Part shown: one piece after another, positions 47,414 to 61,700 of the stretch
Layout of the letters: each line of letters opens with the position of its first letter
Numbering within the stretch: position 1 is the first letter of the stretch
Assembly (NCBI RefSeq): GCF_009914755.1
Contig: NC_060931.1
Source: the human T2T-CHM13v2.0 reference genome, Homo sapiens
Reading direction: 5' to 3' (one strand)
Length of the DNA stretch: 64,000 nt
Notes under the pieces: model-generated
The model's database searches: none
What the model was told of the DNA's origin: nothing
What the model saw: the letters and a program-made list of their open reading frames with translations, nothing else
Position numbers and translations under genes: made by a program

Positions 47414-48964
47414 TTCTATCTTCTTTTAATATTGTATATCTATCCATAAATTTTCATATTTATAGTTATTTTTTAAACTTTTTTCATTTAACTTTTATAC
47501 TAGAGCTAAATGTATCCACCAACATTACATTACCACAGTTTTCTGTGTTGGTCAATGTATTTACTTTTACTACTAAGTTTTATACTTTCGTGTGCTTTCA
47601 TATTGCTGTTTAGTGTCCTTTCATTTCAACTTGAAGAACTCCACTTAGTATTTCTTGTAAGACAGGTCTAGTGGTAATGGAATTTCTCCATTTTTTGTTT
47701 GTCTGGAACATTTTTTATTTCTCCCTCATTTCTGAAGGACAGTTTTGACAGGTAATGTATTTTTGGCTAGCAGGGTGTTTTTCCCCCACTACCCCCACTC
47801 AGCCCTTTGAATAGATTACCTCACTCCCTTCTGACCCACAAGGTTTCTGCTGAGAAATCCACTGACAGTCTTATGGGGGCTTCTCGTAAATGATGAGTCA
47901 CTTTTCTCTTGTTTTTTAATTTTTCTTTGTCTCAGCTTTTGATAATTGGATTATAATATGTCTCTGTATATAGGGTTCATCCAATTTGGGATTTTTTTAA
48001 GCTTCATGAATCTGGCTATTTATCTCCCCAGATCTTGGAAGTTTTCAGCCATTATTTCTTTAAATAGGCTTTCTTTTTTTTTTCACTCTTCTCCTTCTGG
48101 GATTCCCGTAATGCATAAACTGTTTCACTTTATAGTGTCCCATAATTCCCTTAGGCTTTATTCACTGTTTCCATTCTTTTTCATTTTGCTCTCCTGGCTG
48201 GATAATTTTAAATGACCTGTCTTCTAGTTTCCTGATTATTTTTTTCTGCTTGATCAAGTCCACTATTGAAGCCCCTTAGTGAATTTTTAAGATCAGTTAT
48301 TATATTCAGCTTCAGAATTTCTGTTTGGTTCTTCATAATTTCTGTTTCTGTTGATATTCTTAGTTTGTTCATGTATCATTTTCCTGATTTCTTGTAGTTG
48401 TCTATCTGTGTTCTCTTGCAATTTGCTGTGCTTCTTTAAGACGATTATTTGAATCCTTTGTCCGGCAGTTCATAAATTTACATTTCTTTATGATCAGTTA
48501 CTGGAGATTTCTTTCGTTCTATTAATTGTGTTACATTTTCCTGATTCTTCATGTCCTTGTAGCTTTGCATTGGTGTTTGTACACCTGAAAAAACAGTCCC
48601 TTTTCACAGTCTTTACAGACTGGCTTTGATTAGGAAAGGCCTTCATCAATCAACTCAGCTAGAGATTCAGGGCCCTCATTCCTAGCTGCTCTAGGTATTC
48701 AGCGTTTTTCTTTCAGGAGCCCATATCTCTTGCTCCCTCTGGTGTTTGACTGTGTCTGTTCCATCAGTGATCTGTGTGAGGCAAGATCGAAACTGGCCTC
48801 TCAATCAGCACTGTGAAAGGCTTCTTTCACAGTTTCCTTTCTTTCCCTTCTTTCCTAAGGGAGAAGCCTCAGTTATGCGCATTATCCCAATCTCTCAGAG
48901 CCATGCCAGCAACACCTGCCCCAGGAATCTGGACTATTTCATTTTCTTCACTCCTTGTGACGCA

Positions 48965-49123
48965 GAGCATAAACCAGCCCTTTGGCAACAGCTGCCAAAT
49001 TATCATTTTTAGGGAAGCAGTGTGGTAACTGCCGAACCATCACCTGAGGGACACCTGACATTCCTGGTGGGTTGGGGGAGAGCCTTCTCCTGCCCTGCTC
49101 ATGCCTGTCTAGTTACTGTAACA
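48965..49123 (-). mobile_element. MER50-like ERV1 LTR fragment
   Basis: ccatcacctga...cctgacattcctggtgg...ctcctgccctgctcatgcctgtctag...ctgtaaca. Confidence 0.6.
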
Positions 49124-49778
49124 ATACCAATCTTTTCAACACTCTGTGTGTGCTAAACTAGCCCCTTGGGGAGCATCTTGAAAGGCTGGGAACCATTGGA
49201 CATTTTCCCCACTCTCCCCCACTCCCCACAAAGGAGGAGTCACTGAACTGTGCTGATTTGGGCAAGGGGCTGATGTAGATAAAGTGAAATTCATTTTGTT
49301 ATCTGTTTCAGCACAGCTGCTCTTGGTTTTGTGCCTATCCAAGGGTACTGCAAGCTGTTAATTAGAATTAGTCTTCTCATAAAGGTATTTTGTTACTTAC
49401 ATCATTATTAAATCTGTGTTTCTGTAGAAGAATGAGGGCTGGGACTTCCTATTCTGCCATCTTGTGGACATCATTCTTCTATGCTGTTATTCTCCAACAT
49501 CATTTTTCATGGCTACATGGTAGCTGTATTTAACTGTTCCCATATTATTCGACATTTGGTTGTTTCCTAGTGTGTTATTATGAATATTCTCATAGACAAA
49601 TAATTCATAATTGTTTATTAGGAGTACATTTCTATGTGTTCAAAGGACATGAATGTTTTAAAGACATTTGATACACATTATCACATTGTCCTCCAAAAAA
49701 ACTGTACTAATATCCAGCCCTGTTGGTCCAGTGAGAAAGTTTTATTTCTCTGAATATTTATCAAAACTGGCTATTATC

Positions 49779-50078
49779 TGGATGACGCTGGAAACCATCA
49801 TTCTCAGCAAACTATCGCAAGGACGAAAAACCAAACACCACATTTTCTCACTCATAGGTGGGAATTGAACAATGAGAACATATGGACACAGGAAGGGGAA
49901 GATCACACACCAGGGCCTGTTGTGGGGTGGGGGGAAGGGGGAGGGATAGCATTAGGAGATATACCTAATGCTAAGTGACGAGTTAATGGGTGCAGCACAC
50001 CAACATGGCACATGTATACATATGTAACAAACCTGCACATTGTGCACATGTACCCTAAAACTTAAAGTATAATTAAAA
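49779..50078 (+). mobile_element. 5'-truncated L1PA (PA3-like) 3' end
   Basis: SLIGGN plus 3'UTR and A-tail; TSD aaaactgg(c/g)tattatc at 49763-49778 and 50079-50094. Confidence 0.95.
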
Positions 50079-50296
50079 AAAACTGGGTATTATCATTTAA
50101 ACGATACTTGCTATAAGTAAAAATTCATACCTTCTAATTGTTTTAATTTGTATTTTTCTGTCATTTAAGGTTGAATTCAATTTGTGAGTGTTTACTGGAT
50201 ATTTGTGTTTATTTGTATGGGCGAATTCCCTCAGGCTCCCCACAAGTTTTTTTACATTGTTGATTTGTAAGGGCTTTAAAAAACATATTGAATATA

Positions 50297-50431
50297 CTAG
50301 GTGTGGTGGCTCACGTCCAACACTTTGGGAGACCAAGGTGGATCACTTGAGCCCAAGAGGTCAAGGCTGCAGGGAGCCAAGATTGTGCCACTGCACTTCA
50401 GCCTGGGTGACAGAGTGAGACCCTGTCTCAA

Positions 50432-50449
<18 letters not shown>
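50297..50449 (+). mobile_element. Monomer-length Alu (left-arm start joined to right-arm end)
   Basis: ggtgtggtggctcac...ggatcacttgagcccaagaggtcaaggctgcag...A-tail followed by (TA)n and (TG)n. Confidence 0.8.
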
Positions 50450-50483
<34 letters not shown>

Positions 50484-50821
50484 AGAACATATTAATCCTT
50501 CTTCTGTATTATGTATTCCAAATGTATGATTCCAGTTTTTCATTTGACTTGATTTTGTTTGTGCAGATTATCTGCTGATCAGAACTGTTTTCATTTTAAA
50601 TAATCAAATCTCTCAATTTTTTTAAAATTTTGCCATTAAGCATAGAAATAACTTCTTTACACAGATATCTTTTCTATATTTTTATTGTTCACATTTATAT
50701 TCTTAATACATGTGGAGTTGTGTGTTCTAAAGCAGAAAACTTTTCTAAATGATAAGCCAATTGTTACAGCATCATTTATTGAAAGTCCCTTCCTGTCCTC
50801 ATTGATTTAAAATGCTACTTT

Positions 50822-51250
50822 GTCACAATTGCAAAAATATGGAACCAGCCCAAATGCCCATCAATTAATGAGCAGATAAAGAAAATATGGTGTATAATAC
50901 ATGGAATACTGAAAATATTATATACTCAGCCATAAAAAGGAACAAAATAATGGCATTTGCAGCAACCTGGATGGAACTGGAGACCATTATTCTAAGTGAA
51001 GTAACTCAGGAATGGAAAACCAAACATCATACGTTCTCACTCATAAGTGGGAGCTAAGCTGTGAGGATGCAAAGGCATAAGAATGACACAGTGGACTTTC
51101 GGGACTTGGGGCAAAGCGGGGAAAGAGGGTGAGGGATAAAAGACTACACACTGGGTGCAGTGTACACTGCTTGGGTGACGGTTGTTCCAAAATCTCAGAA
51201 ATCACTGCTAAAGAACTTATTTGTGTAAAAAAAATTTAAAATAAAATAAC
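50822..51250 (+). mobile_element. L1PB 3' fragment
   Basis: gtaactcaggaatggaaaaccaaacatc...gagggataaaagactacac. Confidence 0.85.
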
Positions 51251-51384
51251 TGCTATTTCATCATATACTAATTTTTTATGTAGAGTTCAGTGTTTCTACA
51301 TTTTCTCCATTACGCTATTAATTTATTTACTCTTGCACCAACAGTGTACCATTTTCATTATTTTTGCTCTATAGTATTTACCTG

Positions 51385-52008
51385 GAGTCAACCAAACTGT
51401 AAAGTTTAATGGCACAGTCTCCAAGACTACCCTCACCTCTGACACTGACTGCAAGTTTGAGGGGTTTGCAAAATGACCCTCAGATTTAATAATTCTGTAG
51501 AGTGATTTACAGAACTCACTGGAAGCTATTATATTCACAGTTATAGTTTATTACACAGAAAGAATACAGATTAAAATTAGACAATAGAAGAGAGACACAG
51601 GGTAGAGTCTGTGAGTGTTCCAAATGCAAAATTTCCATTGTCCTCACCATGGAGTCAGGACACATTACCCTCCTGGCATCAATGTGTGACAATATGCATG
51701 GAGTATTGCCAACTGGGAAAGATATCCAAACTCAGTGTCTAGAGTTTTTACTGGGTCTTTGTTATGTAGGCATGATTGATTGATTCCCCATGTGGCTGAA
51801 CTCAGTCTCAAGGTGGACTGATACCAGATGACCAAGGCCTCCACCGTAAATCACATGGTTGATCTTTCCGGCACGGCCAGCCCCACTCTAAAATTAAGAG
51901 TGGTCAGTTCGCACCCTAAAAACAAAGACACTTTTGTCATTGACTACCTCCTAGAAGCCAAGGGCAAAGGCCAGACCTCACTTAGGTAGAACCAAATCCT
52001 TTACTACA
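51385..52008 (-). mobile_element. MER21-like LTR
   Basis: acagaactcactggaagctattatattcacagttatagtttattac...ggcaaaggccagacctc. Confidence 0.7.
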
Positions 52009-52191
52009 TAGTATTATGTAAAATTATGTAAAGCAAGTCCCTTCTATCATTACTCTTCCTTCCTAAAAATGGTGAGCTAGTTTCAGACCCTGCTTCATGG
52101 GCATGTGACCTATGCAGTCTAACAGGGCCCAGGGCTCAAAAGGGCCCCATATGTGGTTTTTAATGCTCTGCTGTCACTGTCTTAAAATTCT

Positions 52192-52380
52192 TTTATCTAT
52201 TTATTTTTATTAAATTTTTTTCTTTAATTTTTAGAGATAGGGTCTCTCTCTGCCACCTACGCTATAGTGCAATGGCACAATCATAGCTCACTGCAGTCTC
52301 AAACTCATGGCTTCAAGCGATCCTCTAGCCTTGGCACCCTAAAATGCTGAGGTTATACATATGAGCCGCTGCACACAGCC
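52192..52380 (-). mobile_element. Alu monomer (FLAM/FAM-like)
   Basis: TSD-like ctt(a/g)aaattctt on both sides. Confidence 0.75.
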
Positions 52381-53049
52381 TTGAAATTCTTAATACATTT
52401 ATTTTTTTCAACTTTGTTTTATAAGTGAAGTCCAATGGGACAAAGGCGCATGCATGTGAGCTGAAAAGATATTCATACGCGTGTGCCTATCATTCCTTGC
52501 TGTCCCATTTGTATGTAACATTCACAATTCCCTATAAGCATAGAATTCTGGTGGGACGATGATGCATAGGAGTTCAGTGAGACTCAAAGCAAGTACAAAG
52601 TAGGTGTGTTACAAGAGGTAACCCTTTTCATTCTTCAAATGCAGAAAGAAGGCATTCTAATAATACAAATAACCAAGTAAGTCTATCGTATCCTTTCTTA
52701 CTTATGTTATTTCCCTGCATTAGCTAATCACTTATGCTAAAAATGATGACATCGAAGGAAACAGAAAGATAGGGCAACCCATGTTCTATGTCCTTTCAGT
52801 CCTTCTTTACTCATCAATAAGCTGAGGGTAGAGTGTGTTGGTAGAATGTGCATGAAGCGATATAGAGAGGTGAAATAAAAAGAGTTAAATATGTTTTATA
52901 CAGCATTTCCACTGCTGTGTAACAGTAAAAAACATGCATGTGCAAGCTACAAAATATAAATTGTGTATTTTCAGTGATGACACATATGAGTAAAGGGCTA
53001 CTATATTTGCATTTAAAATTGGCATTGCATAATAGAAAGATGAACAAAA

Positions 53050-53437
<388 letters not shown>

Positions 53438-54069
53438 AGATGAACAGAAAATTTCATACTAGTAATTGAAAATTCCAATTTTCTTTACCTAGAACAACAT
53501 TAAATAGCAAATGTAAAACATCATGACTGGTTGAGAAAGAGAACATTGAAGAAAAGAAAGGAATGGGTTTTGTGTTTTAATAACTGTAACAGCACTTTTT
53601 CTCTTCTTTTTGTACCAGGGGCTCCACAATTTCATTTTGCACTGGGTCCTGAAAATTGTGTAGCCAGCCCTGACCAGTCTGTATTGTTTATCCTTTCAGA
53701 AAAAGTGAAGCATCATATTGTTATTATCTAGAAAATACCATGCCTGGATTTGAGTAGGGATGGCATTAAATCAGCAGTCACATAGGTATCCTAAATGTGT
53801 GGAGCCACGGGGTTTAAAACAAAAGGGAATGCCAGAATAATATAGTGCATGCTCCATCTAAAAATATTTAATGTAAAAGTTTTAAGCAGTGATGGTAAAA
53901 GCAAACAGACAAAAAAATGAATTGCAGCTCAGTTTGCTTGGATATCACGTCCTCTGGTAATGTCCGTGTCCTTTATCCTTCTGCTAAAACTGATAGACTA
54001 CTTTGAGGGAGAAGTTGCATCTTTACCACATCATTTTCTGATTCAGGAACATGAATATGTCTCCATGTA

Positions 54070-54255
<186 letters not shown>

Positions 54256-54892
54256 AATTGTGCCTGATGACTGTCTTTTTAAAACCTTCATAATGTTTTG
54301 CAGTGTTCTTCATTTGGGGACATATATATTTCTTGCTACATTTGTTCCCATGTATTGTATTATTTTTTGCTATTGGGGATGACATTTTTTTCTATTACAT
54401 TTTCTGAGATAAATGATATAGAGGAAAACAACTGAACCTTTTTTCTTAGTTCTAGATGGTTCTTGGTTGATTCTCTTGTATATTTTCAAGGAGATAAACA
54501 TAATAATTTTATATTTTTCTCAAGGTTACACAGTTTATTTCTTTTTCTTGCTTTATAATTGCTAGCCCTCCAAGGAAAATGTTAAATAATAGTGGTGATC
54601 ATAGGCTCAGAGTAGTATGGTATCGACTTTTAAGATTGAAATTTGTTATTATGTTTTCATGCCTAGTCTGCCAAATTTGTTTTTAATGAGAAATGAATGT
54701 TCAATTCTATTAAATTCTATTAAATGCCATTTTAGCATCTATTTTGATGTTTTTGTGGTTTTTCTCCTTTAATCTATTGACGTGTTAAATTACTTAATAA
54801 ATTTTCCTAATACTGAATCATCTCTAAATCATTAGGATAAAACTTATTTGCTTATAGTGCATGGTTCTTTTAACATTTGCTATTATTCTCTT

Positions 54893-55182
54893 TTCCAAAT
54901 ATATAAATATATATATAAATATATATAAATATATAAATAAATATAAATATATAAATATATAAATAAATATAAATATATAAATATATAAATACATATATAA
55001 ATATATATAAATATATAAATATATATAAATATATAAATATATATATAAATACATATAAATATATATAAATATATATAAACATATATATTCCAAATATATA
55101 TACAAATATATGTAAATATATATATTCCAAATATATATATAAATATATGTAAATATATATATTCCAAATATATATATATATA
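54893..55182. repeat. AT-rich compound microsatellite/minisatellite
   Basis: (TA)n/ATATAA units with recurring ttccaaatatata. Confidence 0.95.
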
Positions 55183-55567
55183 TTTGTAAGATGATGGTTT
55201 GTAGTTTTCATCTTTATGCTGTTCTTCTCAAACTTTTGAATCATTTTCTGGGTAATCTTGTAAAATGAATTGGGAAGATTTCTATATTCTCTCCATGCTC
55301 TTAAAGATCTTAAAAATAAAAACAAATTATTTGCTCCTTGAATATTTGAAAGAACTTACCCATAAAACCTCTAGGTATGGGGACTTTTTTTTTGATAATT
55401 CTTTAAATTTTTTTCCAATGCCTTTTTGGGATCTATTTATTATTTCCACCTGTTTGTAAGTAAATTTCGGAACTTTTTATTTTCTTAGAAAATCCCTCAT
55501 TTTCCTAAAGTACTTAAATTTATCATCATAGAATTATATCTAATCTTTTTTCTCTCTCTCTCTCTCC

Positions 55568-55702
55568 TTTTTTTTTTTCTTTAATAGAGACGAGGTCTCA
55601 CTGTGTCACACAGGCTGGTCTCAAACTCCTAGGCTCAAGCAATCCTCCCATCTCAGCTTCCCAAAGTGCTGGGATTACAGGCATGAGTCCCCACGCCCAG
55701 CT
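55568..55702 (-). mobile_element. Alu left monomer (FLAM_C-like)
   Basis: gagacgaggtctcactgtgtcacacaggctggtctcaaactcc. Confidence 0.8.
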
Positions 55703-55789
55703 CTCCTTTTAAAAATTATCTTTTTTATGAGGATGCAATCTGTCAAATTGAGAATTAGAAAATTCAGTGTACATATGACTATGTGTCTT

Positions 55790-56265
55790 TAACAAAAAAT
55801 GACCTATGGGAAAAATGAGCAGGATAGTTATTCTAGACTTGAAGACTGAACAACAAATTAACTAACTGCAGTGTGTAGACCTTGTTTGCACATGGATTTG
55901 AACAAAACAGTTGTTAAAAGAGTTTGAGAACTTAAGGTAAAGTTGAACACAGACTGAGTATTAGATGATACAAAGAAATTACTATTACTTTTGTTCAGTG
56001 TAATGGTATTTATTATGGTTAAGGTTCAAATTTTTAAAGTCCTAATTTGTTTGTGATATATACTGAAGTATTTATAAGTAAAATACTATATTGTATGAAT
56101 TTCCTTAAAATACTCCAAGGGAAAAATAAGTTGGGGAGAGTCAGGAAAAGAGGGAGGGAGAAAGGAGACAAGATAAATAACAAGAATGGCAATGTGTTGA
56201 TGATTGTTGAAGTTGACTCTTGGGTACATAGGAGTTCATTGTCCTATTTTAAATACTGAAATGTC
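55790..56265 (+). mobile_element. Old L1M (L1ME/MC-type) 3' end
   Basis: gaacacagactgagtattagatgatac...gggtacataggagttcattg. Confidence 0.6.
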
Positions 56266-56614
56266 TAAAACTTTTCCCTCTGTATATATGGGTTGTCCCT
56301 TTTACCATTCTGAATGTTATGTGTGTTTTCTTCTAGAGACTTTTATATTTTATTGTGTTTGTAACAAGCTTTTAATTTACTAGTCATTCTGCTTTAAAAG
56401 TAGTTTAAGATTTTATCTAAAAATAATTTATCTGTATTTTTTAGGTTAAGCTTGTTGTTCTGTTTCCTGCTCCTTGAGTTAAATGTTTAGTTCATTTATT
56501 TTCTCTTTCTGGTTACTAATTAGAGCATATAAGGGTATGAGTTTTCCTTTGAGTTCAGTCTTGGTGTATCTCAGTTCTGGCAGGCACCATTCTTATGAGG
56601 GGATACTGTGTATA

Positions 56615-57216
56615 TATGGTAGATTGGTACTGAACATTCATTGTACTGTGTTTCTAGTGTGCCTTATTGAACTGCAGAGCCTAGAAAGCTGAAAACTACA
56701 TTTCCCAGATTCCCTAGCAGACAGGATTTTAAAGGAGATTTAGATTTAGCCAATCAGATGCATTCATGCAAGTTTTTGGAAGGCAAAAAGAAGGCAGAGG
56801 CAGAGCTTCTGTGGCTTCTGCTAGCAGGCACAGTTGGAAGTAACTAATTTCTCTCCAGCTAAATTAGCAGAGGTCCTAGTGCACTCTTTAGTTTTGTGGA
56901 TGTCACGCACAGGCACAAGGTACCAGGTTACTGGAGCAGATCATAGCATAGGCTGAGGTTCCAGAGCCCTCAGCAGTAATGACAGTTTCCTGTTTGTTGT
57001 GGCATCCTTGCCAGTCCTGCATTTTTCTGTAGCAGTGGCTTTCTGACGTGGAAGACATAGCAGCTGCCATGGTGACACCATTTTGCTGTGTGGTTTTCAG
57101 AGTCATTTCCAAAAGCTCACTCTAGCATCTGCTCTTCACAACATTCCTACAAACCATTTAATTCCTTGTCATAATCTTCCTAAATCTGTTCTCTGTAACT
57201 GAACCTTAACTAATAT
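56615..57216 (+). mobile_element. LTR33-like ERVL LTR
   Basis: aaagctgaaaactacatttcccagattccctagcag...ctgtaactgaaccttaactaatata. Confidence 0.7.
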
Positions 57217-57254
57217 AATAAATGAAATTAGCCGTGTGGTTATATTCTACTTAT

Positions 57255-57590
57255 GGTATAGAATTGGTTGCATTTGCTAGACCCAAAATAGCAGTAGCTT
57301 AAAAAAGTTAGAACTTTATTTCTCTCTAAAATAAATGCCTGCGCGGGTATGGCTAGTCCGCACTACAAAGTTGAGGCCATTTCTATTTTTTTGCCCTGAC
57401 ATCCCTAGGCTGTTACTCTTGTCTGCATTGTCCAAAATATCCCACCACTGTGTCTGGTGAGCCAAAGAGAAGGGAAAGAAAGAGAGAGAACGTTCTTCCT
57501 TTGAAAGGCATAACTCGAAAGTTGCATGTTACTAAGGATCGCATCCTACTGGCCACACTTGGCTGCTGGGAACAGTGACCCTTTTGGTTC
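57255..57590. mobile_element. MLT1J-like MaLR LTR
   Basis: agcagtagcttaaaaaagttagaactttatttctctc...tggccacacttggctgctgggaa. Confidence 0.55.
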
Positions 57591-57719
57591 CTCCCTCTTG
57601 ATATCTTGAAATATTTTATTATATTTGTAAAACTCAAAGAATGGCCTGGCCTAGAAAGGGAAAACATCCCTAATTGTGCCATATCCCTCCCCTCCCCATT
57701 ATTTTGTTTTAGAAATTAC

Positions 57720-58255
<536 letters not shown>

Positions 58256-59228
58256 TAAATTATTGTTTCTTCTGACTACGTAAAACCTTCAGGATTGGAG
58301 AGTTTACAATCCTTGACTTTAAAGGAAATCAAAGGACTGCCACTGACCAATTCCTTTTCACTTATTTCCCTTATTTTTATCATGGGATATACCACATCAG
58401 TTATTTCCTTTCTTACTGAACTTCTCCTATTTTATCAACTCTAGCTTAGCCTCTTTGTTGATACTATGTCCAAGGAATGTGAACCTGATAAACTAATACT
58501 TCTGGATGTGAATTTTAAAATAGTTTATGAACTAATAATTTCTGGCTCTACTTAATTTCAGTCATTTTTGACCTTCTGAAACCCAAATTTTTCTTTCTTC
58601 TTCACCAGATTATTATTCCTTCTCCTGGAAACCAGTTCTCCTCTCATATTCAAAATCCACATAAGAAGCATAGTTCCTATATGACCCAGCAATTTCACTG
58701 TATACCCCAAGAATCATGAGAATATTTGTCCACACAAAAACTTACACACTATACAGATATTTATAGCAATGTTATTCACAATAGCCAAAAGGTGAAAGCA
58801 AACCAAATGTCCATCAGCAGATGAATGGATAAACAAAATGTGATATATCCATATTATAGAATATTATTCAGCCACAAAAGGGAATGAAGTAATAATACAT
58901 GCTCCAATGTGGGTGAATCTTGAAAACATTATGGTAAATGAAAGAAGCCAGTCACAAAGGGCCACATATTGTATGATTCCATTTCTACGAAATGTCCAGG
59001 ATAGATAAATCTATAGAAACAGAAAGTTTATTTATGCTTGCCTAAGGCTGGTAGAGGGTGTTGTAGGCAGTGGAAAGTTTACAGTTAAAGGATATGGGGT
59101 TTCTTTTTGGGGTGACAAAAATATTTTAAAACTGATTGTGGCAATGAATGCATAAGTCTCTGAATACGCTAAAAACTCATTGAATTGTACACTTCAAATG
59201 GGTAAATTATATGTGTTAAATAAAATTT

Positions 59229-59798
59229 GGCTGGATGCAGTGTCTCAGGCCTGTAACCCCAGCAACTCAGGAACATGAGGCAGGAGGATCACTTGAGCCT
59301 AGGAGTTCAAGATGTTAAATATAAAACTTTAGCCGAATTCAATTTAAAAGCGTTAACTGAACAAAGAACAATTCAATTTGTGAATCAGGCAGCCTCCCGA
59401 GTGAGAGTAGGCTCAGAGACTCCAGTGCAGCCACATGGTGGAAGAAGATTTATGGACAGAAAAAGGAAAATGACTTACAGAAAATGAAAGTGAGGAACAG
59501 AAACAGCTTGATTGGCTACAGGTTGGCATCTGCCTTATTTGAACACAGTTTGAACAGTTGGCCACCTTTGGCCAAAACTCAGTGATTGGCACAAGAGTAG
59601 GCTACAGTCTGTTTACAGTTCCATTTAGGTTATAGTTCACAATGACAGAGAAACCTTTAGAGTGAACTTAAAATATGTAAGGAGGCAGCTTTAGGCTAAC
59701 CTTGATTTAACAATTGTTACAGTGAGCTACGACAGCACCACTGCACTACTGCAATCCATCCTGGGTGATAGAGCAGGATCTCCTCTCAAAAGAAAAAA
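59229..59798 (+). mobile_element. Alu monomer (FRAM/FAM-like), split by MER57
   Basis: ggctggatgcagtg...ggagttcaag | gttacagtgagctacg...tctcaaaag. Confidence 0.75.
59313..59712 (-). mobile_element. MER57-like ERV1 solo LTR
   Basis: Ends tgttaaat / atttaaca; repeated gattggc (CCAAT) boxes. Confidence 0.75.
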
Positions 59799-60214
59799 TA
59801 ATTATAGGAGGCCATTAGTTTGAACTGAGCCAAAACTAAGTTGTTTATCTGACCTTTCAAGAAATCAAGAGAGGGAGAGAAATAATAGCCAAATCCCCAA
59901 ACAGACTATTTTTAGCTGGCATGAGAAGGAAGTCCCCTCTGCTTTAACATTTACAAGGAAAGTAGCTTTGAAACGACCAACACACTTTTTGTTCCTGCTT
60001 TTGCTTTCCTCCACCCTTTTCTGTCTATAAAGCCAAACTCCTGTACTCAGCTCACTGGAACACTTAATCTATTTCATGGAATAAGCTCTTGCCCAATTCT
60101 AGAGTCACAAATAAAAGCCAATGAAGATCTTTAAACTAACTTTGTTGTGATTTTGTCTTTCGACATATGGCACATGAATTACATCTCAATAAAGCTGTTT
60201 TTAAAATCCATATA

Positions 60215-61700
60215 TGAACCCTCATATATATAGTTAACTGATATTTGACAAAGATGTCAAGATGATTCAATGGGGAAAGGACAGTCTTTTCAACAAATGG
60301 TGCGGGGAAAATTGGATATTCATATCCAAAAGAAAGAAATTGGACCCTTACCTTATATCATATACAAAAAATTAACTCAAAAATGGATCAAAGACCTAAA
60401 CATAATACCTTAAACTCTAAAATTCTTAGAAGAAAACATAGGAGAAAAGCTCTCTGTCATTGGATTTGGCAATGATTTCCTAGATATGACACCAAAAGCA
60501 TAGGCAATATAAGTGGAAATAGATGAATTGGACTATATTAAAATGTACAACTTCTGTGCATCAAAGGACACAATCAACGGAGTGAAAAAGCAATCTACAG
60601 AATAGGAGAAAATATTTACAAATCATATGTCTGATAAGGGATTAATATCCAGAATATATTTTTAAAACTCTTATAACTCAACAACAACAACAAAACCTTG
60701 ATTTTAAAATGGGCAAAGGTCTCGAATAGATATTTCTCCAAAGAAGATATGCAAATGGCCAAACATATGAAAATGTACTCAATATCACTAATCATTAGGG
60801 AAATGCAAATTAAAGCTACAATGTGATATCATCTCTCACCCATTAGGATGGCTGGTTTTAAAAAACGGAAAATAACAAGTGTTGGTGAGAATGTGGGGAA
60901 ATTGCAACCCTGTGAATTGTTGGTGGAAATGTGAATTAGTATAGTCATTATGGAAAACAGTACAAAAGTTTCTCAAAAACTTACAAATAGAACTACCATA
61001 AGACTCAGCAACCCCTCTGTTGTGTGTATACCCAAGAAAAATGAAATCAGCACCCTGTAGATGTAACTGTGCTGCCATGTTCATTGCAGTACTATTCATG
61101 ATAGCCAAGAGATGGGAAAAACCTAAATGCCCATTGACAGATGAATGGATAAAAAGAACTGTGGCATAGCTCTATTTATACCACAATTTTTAAAATCTAT
61201 TTACAAAGAAATATGCTCAGTCTTTAAAAAGAAGGCAATAATGTCATTTGCAACAACATAGATGAACCTAGAGGACATTATGCTAAATGAAATAAGGCAG
61301 ACATAAAAAGAAAAATACTGCATGATCTCATATGTGGAATCTTAAAAAAAAAGTTGAATATGTAGAAACAGAGAGTTACACGGGTGGTTACCAGGGATGG
61401 TGAAAGGGAGAAGTGGGTCAAAGGGCACAAACTTGCAGTTATGTAGAATGAATAAGTCTAGAGATCTAATGGACAGCATGAGGACTACAGTTAATAATAT
61501 TGTATTTGAAATGAAAATGTGCTTAGTCAGTAGAGTTTAGGTGGTCTTACACATACACACACACACAAACTTGCACACAAAGTAACTATGGAAGGTGACG
61601 GATAGGTTAGTTTGCTTGGCTGCAGTAATCATTTCACCATGTATATGTATATCAAAACATCGTGTTGTACACCTTAAATATATACAATAAAAAAGTGAAA
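60215..61700 (+). mobile_element. L1MA 3' portion
   Basis: caacaaatggtgcggggaaaattgg ORF2 C-terminal region to gtacaccttaaatatatacaataaaaa. Confidence 0.85.

Larger units (their letters stand above)
46140..49470 (-). mobile_element. Old L1M 5' half (EN region, ORF1, 5'UTR)
   Basis: GIFSNHNAMKLEIN EN peptide; gtttctgctgagaaatccactg ORF1 motif; ends ttcctattctgccatctt. Confidence 0.75.
59214..60165 (+). mobile_element. ERV1 solo LTR (LTR54-like)
   Basis: TG...CA ends (tgttaaa / tcgaca) with 4-bp TSD tatg at 59210-59213 and 60166-60169. Confidence 0.75.
58664..60202 (+). mobile_element. L1MB 3' fragment hosting nested LTR/Alu/LTR
   Basis: L1MB 3'UTR resumes at 60170; TSD-like aaaatcca(c/t)ata at 58652-58663 and 60203-60214. 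Confidence 0.8.

Noticed and set aside
54824-55325. Ile/Tyr-rich ORFs
   Set aside because: Translations of the TA microsatellite.
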